32,000 bases of DNA from Ignicoccus hospitalis KIN4/I (GTDB lineage: Archaea; Thermoproteota; Thermoprotei_A; Sulfolobales; Ignicoccaceae): contig NC_009776.1 of assembly GCF_000017945.1 (NCBI RefSeq), forward strand, positions 660,001-692,000. The letters run 5' to 3'. Below, in pieces: positions 26,024 to 32,000 of the stretch. The stretch's first letter is position 1. Each line of letters begins with the position of its first letter. Under the pieces are notes generated by a model that ran no database searches, was not told where the DNA came from, and saw only the letters and a program-made list of their open reading frames with translations. The position numbers were made by a program, and so were the translations under genes.

Positions 26024-26578
26024 TTACGCGTCACAAGCTTCCTTGAGAACGCCCTTCAAGAGGAGCTTCGCCCGCTCTACGAAGTCCTCTACGTCCCTAG
26101 TGTTAGGAATTATGAAATCTGCCATCTCCATGATTTTCTTGACGCCAAGCTCTATCTCCTTTTCGTCTCTCTTTTTTAATATTTCCACTACGTTCCCTCG
26201 GTCGTCCGCGCGCGCCCTGGAGGAGAGCCTTTCCGCCCTCAGCTCGAAGGGCGCTTCGATGGCGACGACTATCACCTTTGTGTACCTCTTAAACGTCTCC
26301 AGTTCTTCGGGGGCTCTACAACCGTCCACGAGGACTACGCAGCTCTCTTTGTATTCTCTCTCTATTCTGTCAATCACCAATTTGGCCAGTACGTCCTTGC
26401 CGTGCTTAGCCCTCAATTCAGCGGCTACCTTGGCCAAGTTGTCGGATGTGAGCTCCAAATTCCTTTTCTTCGCCTCTTCCCTTACTATGTCGCCCATAAC
26501 TATTACTGGTATGCCCAACGCTTTAGCGACCTCGGCGAAGGTGCCCTTCCCGGACCCCGGGAGGCCGGCCGTCACCAC
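26024..26578 (-). CDS. UPF0200 family P-loop nucleotide kinase-like protein
   Basis: 'VTAGLPGSGKGTFAEVAKALGIPVIVMGDIVREEAKKR', 'VLVDGCRAPEELETFK'. Confidence 0.88.
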   Translation of the reverse strand: MVTAGLPGSGKGTFAEVAKALGIPVIVMGDIVREEAKKRNLELTSDNLAKVAAELRAKHGKDVLAKLVIDRIEREYKESCVVLVDGCRAPEELETFKRYTKVIVVAIEAPFELRAERLSSRARADDRGNVVEILKKRDEKEIELGVKKIMEMADFIIPNTRDVEDFVERAKLLLKGVLKEACDA

Positions 26579-26625
26579 GAGTAAGCGTGTTATGTTCGGC
26601 CCCCGCTGACAGCCGCGCGAGAGTG

Positions 26626-26637
26626 AAAAAATAAAGC
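26626..26637 (+). promoter_or_regulatory. Putative TATA box of the rps8e transcript
   Basis: 'aaaaaataaagc' about 31-42 bp upstream of the TTG start at 26668. Confidence 0.45.
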
Positions 26638-26667
26638 GCTCGCTGGGGGCGCAACGGGGACGCGACG

Positions 26668-27060
26668 TTGGGCGTGTACCACGGCCCGGACTTGAAGAAG
26701 ATAACTGGCGGCAAGAAGAGGAGACACAGAAAGGTCAAGAGGAAGTACTGGATGGGTCGTTACCCAACCAACACTACCTTAGCTGAGAACGAGAAGAGAA
26801 AGATAGAGAGGGTAAGGGGAGGTAACATCAAGGTGAGGCTCAGGTATGCCGCCTATGCTAACGTGGTTGACCCCAACGAAAACGTCGCGAAAAAGGTGAA
26901 GATACTGAGAGTTCTAGAAACTCCAGCCAATAAGGAGTTAGCGAGACACGGCATCATTGTTAAAGGAACCAAGATAGAGACCGAGCTGGGCGTCGCGGTG
27001 GTCACCTCCCGGCCGGGTCAAGACGGAGTGATTAACGCAGTGTTAATAGAGAGGAAGTGA
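26668..27060 (+). CDS. rps8e: 30S ribosomal protein S8e
   Basis: 'YHGPDLKKITGGKKRRHRKVKRKYWMGRYPTNT'. Confidence 0.93.
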   Translation: MGVYHGPDLKKITGGKKRRHRKVKRKYWMGRYPTNTTLAENEKRKIERVRGGNIKVRLRYAAYANVVDPNENVAKKVKILRVLETPANKELARHGIIVKGTKIETELGVAVVTSRPGQDGVINAVLIERK

Positions 27061-27067
27061 GGCGTAT

Positions 27068-27367
27068 ATGACGTTAAAGAAGTATAAGGGGAAGTACGTT
27101 ATTTTATGGCCACAGTACTTCGATTCCTCCTTGAGCCGGAAGGAGGGACGTCGGGTCCCCCGGGAGCTCGCGGTGGCGAGGCCCTCCCAGAAGGAACTGT
27201 TAGAGGTCGCCGCTGCCTTGGGTTTGGAAGCCAAGCCGCTGGAGGGTAAGTACCCTAGAGAGTGGTGGAACAAGGAGGGCCCCGTCTTAGTTGAGAAGAG
27301 GGGGAGCAAGCGCGAGGTGATAACGTTACTGGCCAAGGAACTGCGGAGGAGGAGGTACGGGAAGTAG
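27068..27367 (+). CDS. srp19: Signal recognition particle 19 kDa protein
   Basis: 'KKYKGKYVILWPQYFDSSLSRKEGRRVPRELAVARPSQKELLEVAAALGLEAKPLEGKYPREWW'. Confidence 0.92.
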   Translation: MTLKKYKGKYVILWPQYFDSSLSRKEGRRVPRELAVARPSQKELLEVAAALGLEAKPLEGKYPREWWNKEGPVLVEKRGSKREVITLLAKELRRRRYGK

Positions 27368-27431
27368 ACGAACAGTTTCAACCGAATAATAAGTGGGAGC
27401 GGTAATACCTACATAACACGGGGGCCGGGTA

Positions 27432-27632
27432 GTGAAGTTTCATGTGTACAAGGTTACGCGTACCGGAATCTACGTCCTCAAACTCGAAGACAAGGTACTC
27501 CCCAGGATAGGCGACAAGATAAAGGTAGATAACAAGATCATGAAAGTTTTAGACATCATTGGGCCGGTACAAGAGCCTTTCGTCGTAGCTAAAGCCCTCG
27601 GAGAAACCCGAAAGAGCAACACTACGGGGTGA
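27432..27632 (+). CDS. gar1: Gar1-like H/ACA RNP component
   Basis: 66 aa; 'LPRIGDKIKVDNKIMKVLDIIGPVQEPFVVAKAL'; located directly upstream of TFB, a common archaeal arrangement. Confidence 0.82.
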   Translation: MKFHVYKVTRTGIYVLKLEDKVLPRIGDKIKVDNKIMKVLDIIGPVQEPFVVAKALGETRKSNTTG

Positions 27633-27638
27633 TAGTCC

Positions 27639-28712
27639 ATGAGCGCGATCGCCGGAGGCGGTACCCTCAAGTGCCCCGTCTGTGGGAGTACCTACGTAGT
27701 TCAAAACGAGATGGGCGATTTGGTCTGCGCTAGCTGCGGGACAGTGTTGCAAGAGTCGCGCGAAGTCAGCTTCGATTCGTTCGAGGGGTACGGGAGCGAT
27801 AACAAACCGATAGTCAGCAGGGGCGCTCTGACCGTTAGCCTCCATGACAAGGGCTTGGGAAGTGTCATAGATATTAAGGATATACACAACTTCAGATTCA
27901 AGAAAATGGCAAAGCTCCATAGCCGCTTGAAGATAGGCGATGACAAGGAGAGCTTCATAGCGGATGTCAAGAAGGGTATTGAAGAATACTCTTCGCTCAT
28001 AGCGAGGACTTTCGGAACTCCCCTCGGTAAGCAGATAGTTGCGAACGCACACGCCGTTTCCGACAAGATATATGACTTGCTCCCGAAAGAATACAGGAAG
28101 AAGGATATAGAGTACAGGAGGAAGGTAGGGCTCGCCATAATATTAGCCGTGATAAAGGAGTGCGGCTCTTATATACCTCCGGAAGTGGTGCTTAACAAGC
28201 TCGGCTTGGACTCTGAAGAGCAGAAAACGGTCAAGGAGCTCTACGTATTAGTGCACGACGCCATAGTCCACGGCGGGACGAAGGGGAGCAAGGAGAAGGT
28301 GTTGAAATGTAATACTACGACGAGAGAGAAGTTAACCAAAGTAACAGAAGCCTTGCTCAACTTCCTCGAGCTGCACTCCGGGCTGCAGCTCCCGAGGAAG
28401 ACTCTCGCGCTGGAAACTATACATAAGATTTCCAACGCTTTCATAAAAGCGAAGAAGGACAGCCTGGGGAGTAAGTACATTAGCTCATACGTGGGCGGCG
28501 CGATCTATTTGACGTTGCGCATCTTAGCCATAGACCAAAAGTCCATGCTGACCCAAGAAGAGATAGCGAAGGCTTTGGGTAGGGGCTCGAACGCTATCAG
28601 AAACGCGTACACGGAGATAGTCGACAACGTTCTAGTAATTGTGGAAGTGCCGGCGAAGCCCGCGAAAAATAAATCTAGGAAGTCCGGGAAGGCAGACGGG
28701 TCGCGGCGTTGA
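27639..28712 (+). CDS. tfb: Transcription initiation factor TFB (TFIIB homologue)
   Basis: Zinc ribbon 'LKCPVCGSTYVVQNEMGDLVCASCGTVL' plus two cyclin-like repeats. Confidence 0.95.
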   Translation: MSAIAGGGTLKCPVCGSTYVVQNEMGDLVCASCGTVLQESREVSFDSFEGYGSDNKPIVSRGALTVSLHDKGLGSVIDIKDIHNFRFKKMAKLHSRLKIGDDKESFIADVKKGIEEYSSLIARTFGTPLGKQIVANAHAVSDKIYDLLPKEYRKKDIEYRRKVGLAIILAVIKECGSYIPPEVVLNKLGLDSEEQKTVKELYVLVHDAIVHGGTKGSKEKVLKCNTTTREKLTKVTEALLNFLELHSGLQLPRKTLALETIHKISNAFIKAKKDSLGSKYISSYVGGAIYLTLRILAIDQKSMLTQEEIAKALGRGSNAIRNAYTEIVDNVLVIVEVPAKPAKNKSRKSGKADGSRR

Positions 28713-28993
28713 ACGAGAACGAGGCAATAAACGCTCTAATAAACGTAATCGGGACCCTCTTCGCAAGGCTCCGCGAGGTCGTAGCTCACTACCTCCAACT
28801 TTACGTCTTCTCTAAGAACCCTTCTCTAGCATCCAAATACGGCGATTTCATAATATTTATGGTTACCTTAACTGTACTCTATGCCCTAATAGAGATCCTC
28901 GAAGGTTTTAAGAAATTCTTCAAGGTGATCCTAGCGTTGGGTTGGACCTTGTTGGCGGTACTTATAGCATTAAACTACTTGGTGAACAGATAA
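28709..28993 (+). CDS. Small hydrophobic membrane protein, hypothetical (94 aa)
   Basis: TTG start overlapping the tfb stop by 4 nt; at least two hydrophobic helices. Confidence 0.6.
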   Translation: MNENEAINALINVIGTLFARLREVVAHYLQLYVFSKNPSLASKYGDFIIFMVTLTVLYALIEILEGFKKFFKVILALGWTLLAVLIALNYLVNR

Positions 28994-29051
28994 GGTTCTC
29001 ATTACGAGTAAGATAAAAGGAGGGTGTTTGTTCCCATACCGGAGAGGACCT

Positions 29052-29747
29052 ATGAACAAAAGGGCGTTCCTGACCATACTGTCCATATTGCCTCTGCTGT
29101 TAGCTCAGACCACTGTGTATACCACCGTTACCAGCACCACCTACACCACGACCACCGTGACCGCCACTCTGATACCGAACAATCCTTCTACCTTAATAGT
29201 GCCGGTAACTAATACCACCTATACTACGGTGTACACCACGGTCACTGTGGCTCCTCAAGGGCAAAAGGTGGTGTACACTACAGTAACTAAGACTACCTAT
29301 ACGACCGTGTTCACTACAATAACCGCTATAATAAAGACGGTCTACAGCACCGTCACGACCACTCTCTACCGCGATGTCTACCATCCCATCACCTTCTACA
29401 TAACTAAGACTGTCGTCTCCACGCTGACCGTACCAACTACTGTCTTGTCGACGGTAACTAAAACCTTGACCAAGGTTATGACAGTAACCAGCACTATAAT
29501 CGACGTCTTCACGATTAGGTTCACAGAGACCGTCACGTCAACTAAGAGCACGGTGTTGACGAGTACATTCACCGCCTTCAAGGCTATAACCGTGACCACT
29601 ACAACATTCATAACCAAGCACATAACTGACATAATAACGACCACTATAGAGAACGTCGCTGCAGTATACGTCCCCGCGGGGCTGGCGGCGGGCCTAATGG
29701 TGATACTGGCTGTATTGGCGTTAATATTTAGGAAGGTGGGCGAGTAA
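29052..29747 (+). CDS. Thr/Val-rich repetitive secreted or membrane-anchored protein
   Basis: ATG at 29052 gives signal '[19 protein letters not shown]', about 175 aa of alternating T/V/I repeats ([15 protein letters not shown]...), then C-terminal TM '[23 protein letters not shown]'. The track start of 29028 is probably too early. Confidence 0.8.
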   Translation: MNKRAFLTILSILPLLLAQTTVYTTVTSTTYTTTTVTATLIPNNPSTLIVPVTNTTYTTVYTTVTVAPQGQKVVYTTVTKTTYTTVFTTITAIIKTVYSTVTTTLYRDVYHPITFYITKTVVSTLTVPTTVLSTVTKTLTKVMTVTSTIIDVFTIRFTETVTSTKSTVLTSTFTAFKAITVTTTTFITKHITDIITTTIENVAAVYVPAGLAAGLMVILAVLALIFRKVGE

Positions 29748-29797
29748 ACTCGTTTTTAGCGTTCTACCTCCCGTCCCCGTCCTCGGAGGATCTCGCT

Positions 29798-30565
29798 TTG
29801 CCGCTAACTAAGAGAATAATCCCTTGTTTGGACGTAAAGGACGGTAGGGTCGTGAAGGGCGTGAGCTTCCAGAACTTGAGGGACGCCGGGGACCCGGTAG
29901 AGCTGGCCGCGTACTATCAAGAACAAGGCGCCGACGAGATAGTCTTCTTGGACATATCCGCCACCCCCGAAGGGAGGGAAACGATGATTGAGGTAGTAAG
30001 GAGGACTGCGGAAAACCTCAGCATTCCCCTGACCGTCGGCGGAGGGGTCCGGAGCTTGGAGCATATAGAAAAACTGCTCAAGGCCGGCGCGGACAAAGTA
30101 AGCATAAACACCGCCGCCGTGAAGAACCCCTTGCTAATAACTGCGGCCGCGGAGGAGTTCGGCTCCCAAGCAGTGGTCGTCGCGATAGACGCTAAAAGAA
30201 AGGGAAACGGGTGGGAGGTTTACGTCAGCGCGGGCAAGGTGCCTACGGGGCTGGACGCAGTCGAGTGGGCGAAGAAGGCGGAGGAGTTAGGGGCCGGTGA
30301 GATACTCCTTACCTCAATAGACTACGACGGGACCCAGAACGGGTACGACTTAGAACTGACGAGGGCGGTAAGCGAGGCAGTCAAGATACCGGTAATAGCT
30401 TCTGGAGGCGCCGGCGAGCTCGAACACTTCTACGCAGTTCTAACTGAAGGGAAGGCTGACGCGGCACTGGCGGCGAGCGTTTTCCACTACGGTAAGTTCA
30501 CCGTCGGAGATGTCAAAAAATACCTAATTCAGCGCGGAGTGCCGGTAAGGCCTTGTTGTTGGTAG
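29798..30565 (+). CDS. hisF: Imidazole glycerol phosphate synthase subunit HisF
   Basis: '[37 protein letters not shown]', '[12 protein letters not shown]', '[23 protein letters not shown]'. Confidence 0.96.
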   Translation: MPLTKRIIPCLDVKDGRVVKGVSFQNLRDAGDPVELAAYYQEQGADEIVFLDISATPEGRETMIEVVRRTAENLSIPLTVGGGVRSLEHIEKLLKAGADKVSINTAAVKNPLLITAAAEEFGSQAVVVAIDAKRKGNGWEVYVSAGKVPTGLDAVEWAKKAEELGAGEILLTSIDYDGTQNGYDLELTRAVSEAVKIPVIASGGAGELEHFYAVLTEGKADAALAASVFHYGKFTVGDVKKYLIQRGVPVRPCCW

Positions 30566-30912
30566 GCTGCGTAGAGCTCCTTCATAGTCTTAGTTACTAG
30601 GAAGTACTCAAACGCGTACGACGCGCTGATAGGGAGGGACATCAGCATTTTGTGAACGAAGCCAACGAAGGCTAAAACTAGCAGAAGGAAGAGCGAACCT
30701 ATCGCGGGCCCCGCCTCATCAACTACAAAAGAAGCGACGACGCCTACTACGGTATAGTAAAGGCTCCACGAAATGAGGGTAGCTACGAGCAGCATGGGAT
30801 TATAGACAATACCGAAGTAGACGCCCATGCCTAGCGCTAGGGGGAGAGAAAGTGAAAACGATATGATTAACCTGCCTCCGGCCCCCCACGGGACGCGGAC
30901 CTTTGACGCCAA
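30529..30912 (-). CDS. Hypothetical multi-pass membrane protein (127 aa)
   Basis: Several hydrophobic segments; overlaps the hisF 3' end by 37 bp and the divergent GT4 gene 5' end by 10 bp. Confidence 0.55.
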   Translation of the reverse strand: MASKVRVPWGAGGRLIISFSLSLPLALGMGVYFGIVYNPMLLVATLISWSLYYTVVGVVASFVVDEAGPAIGSLFLLLVLAFVGFVHKMLMSLPISASYAFEYFLVTKTMKELYAAYQQQGLTGTPR

Positions 30913-31907
30913 CGCTGTTCGCCGGCACGTCCTTCTTGGTGGCGCTTATAACGTCATACTTCGTAACGTTGAAGTGGATAGACGCCGCCAAGAGGAGGGA
31001 CTTGGTAGGCCGCGACGTCAACAAGCCTTACACCGTCTACGTCCCGGAGGCCGGCGGAGTGGGCTTCGTAATGGGGTTCTCCATGGGCGCGCTGGCGTCG
31101 GTCGCTCTAGGGACGTTCTTAGTCGATAGGAGCTCTTGGTGCCTATACGTCTTAGCGGCGCTCAACACGGTTCTGATGGCAGCGTTCATAGGTTTTATTG
31201 ACGATGTCTTGGGGTGGAAGAAGGGATTAAGTCATAGGGCTAAGGTCCTCTCAACCCTTCCCATAGCTATACCTTTAATGGCAATAAAGGCGGGCGTCAG
31301 CGTTATGTGTTTGCCCTTGATAGGTTGTTTGAACTTAGGGATCTTGTACCCCCTCTTGATCGTCCCCGTCGGCGTGGTGGGCGCCACTAACGCGTTTAAC
31401 ATGATAGCAGGGCTCAACGGGTTGGAAGCTGGAATGGCCTTAATAATACTCTCAACTTTGGGTGTTTTAGCCTATACCCACGGAAACCTCGCAGCTTTAA
31501 TTATATCCATATCAGCAGTAGGAGCTGCCTTGGGCTTTTTGAAGCTAAATTGGTACCCGGCGAGGGTGTTCCCGGGCGACGTCTTAACGTATTCAGTGGG
31601 CTCCGTCATAGCTACCGTAGCCGTAGTAGGGAACATGGAGGGCCCGGCGCTAATACTCTTCTTACCCTACTTCTTGGAGCTTGCGCTATACTTATACGGA
31701 AAGAAGAATGGAGTAGAGAAGGAGAGTTGGGGAAGGCCAGTGGGCGAATGCCTAGAGGTTCCGTACGACAAGCCCTACAGCGTGACGCACCTCGCTATGA
31801 AGGCTCTAAAAGCCTTGAAGGGGTGCGCGAAGGAAAAGGAGGTCGTTGAGCTCATACTTCTCGTCGAAGCAGCGCTAGCCGTTATAGTGTTGTACCTATA
31901 CAGTTAA
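30903..31907 (+). CDS. Glycosyltransferase family 4 phosphoglycosyltransferase (MraY/WecA/AglH-like)
   Basis: 'FIGFIDDVLGWKKGLSHRAKVL', 'GATNAFNMIAGLNGLEAGMALI', 'FPGDVLTYSVGSVIATVAVVGNMEG'; many TM segments. Confidence 0.88.
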   Translation: MTPTLFAGTSFLVALITSYFVTLKWIDAAKRRDLVGRDVNKPYTVYVPEAGGVGFVMGFSMGALASVALGTFLVDRSSWCLYVLAALNTVLMAAFIGFIDDVLGWKKGLSHRAKVLSTLPIAIPLMAIKAGVSVMCLPLIGCLNLGILYPLLIVPVGVVGATNAFNMIAGLNGLEAGMALIILSTLGVLAYTHGNLAALIISISAVGAALGFLKLNWYPARVFPGDVLTYSVGSVIATVAVVGNMEGPALILFLPYFLELALYLYGKKNGVEKESWGRPVGECLEVPYDKPYSVTHLAMKALKALKGCAKEKEVVELILLVEAALAVIVLYLYS

Positions 31908-31920
31908 CCCCGGGTCGCCC

Positions 31921-32000
31921 TTGGATGAGGAGAAGCTAAACGAAATCAGAAAGAAAATGTTAATAAATGCGCTGAAGAAGTCGTTCGAGTATTTCCCAAT
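31921..32000 (+). CDS. Start of an unidentified gene, truncated by the window end
   Basis: TTG start at 31921, open to the end: MDEEKLNEIRKKMLINALKKSFEYFP... Confidence 0.5.
   Translation, partial: MDEEKLNEIRKKMLINALKKSFEYFP

Noticed and set aside
26402-26584. Plus-strand 60-aa ORF antisense to the UPF0200 gene
   Set aside because: No recognisable features; shadow of a confident gene.
27549-28480. Minus-strand ORFs opposite tfb (27549..28052, 27701..28138, 28241..28480)
   Set aside because: TFB is unambiguous on the plus strand.
29193-29644. Minus-strand ORFs with Val/His-rich low complexity
   Set aside because: Antisense reflection of the Thr/Val-rich repeat protein on the plus strand.

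Overview
Gene-dense window from a crenarchaeal genome, Desulfurococcales/Ignicoccus-like by gene content (inference). Recognisable genes are herA and nurA (divergent), an M17 leucyl aminopeptidase, a MinD/ParA-like ATPase, two MetE-family genes, asd, hisG, hisF, cmk, Mrp/NBP35, mevalonate kinase, UPF0147, FAU-1-type RNase, carS, nop10, aIF2-alpha, a UPF0200 kinase, rps8e, SRP19, a Gar1-like gene, TFB and a GT4-family phosphoglycosyltransferase. The observations most worth following up are: (1) a divergent AAA+/winged-helix protein (13194-14405) flanked by clusters of a TTTGGAC(AG) motif, phased at about 11 bp in opposing arrays around an AT-rich intergenic core, which looks like a replication origin/initiator or iteron-type module; (2) a candidate C/D box sRNA on the minus strand at about 4180-4240, with guides that appear complementary to neighbouring conserved 23S rRNA segments; (3) an island of uncharacterised small proteins around a MinD-like ATPase (5641-10354); (4) a Thr/Val-rich repetitive secreted or membrane protein and a single-CxxCH secreted protein with a similar Thr-rich tail; (5) a membrane-anchored NYN/Zc3h12a-like RNase candidate; (6) a perfect 10-bp hairpin immediately upstream of the UPF0147/FAU-1 genes. 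No CRISPR array, transposase, integrase, rRNA or tRNA was recognised by reading. All family calls are by eye, without database searches.
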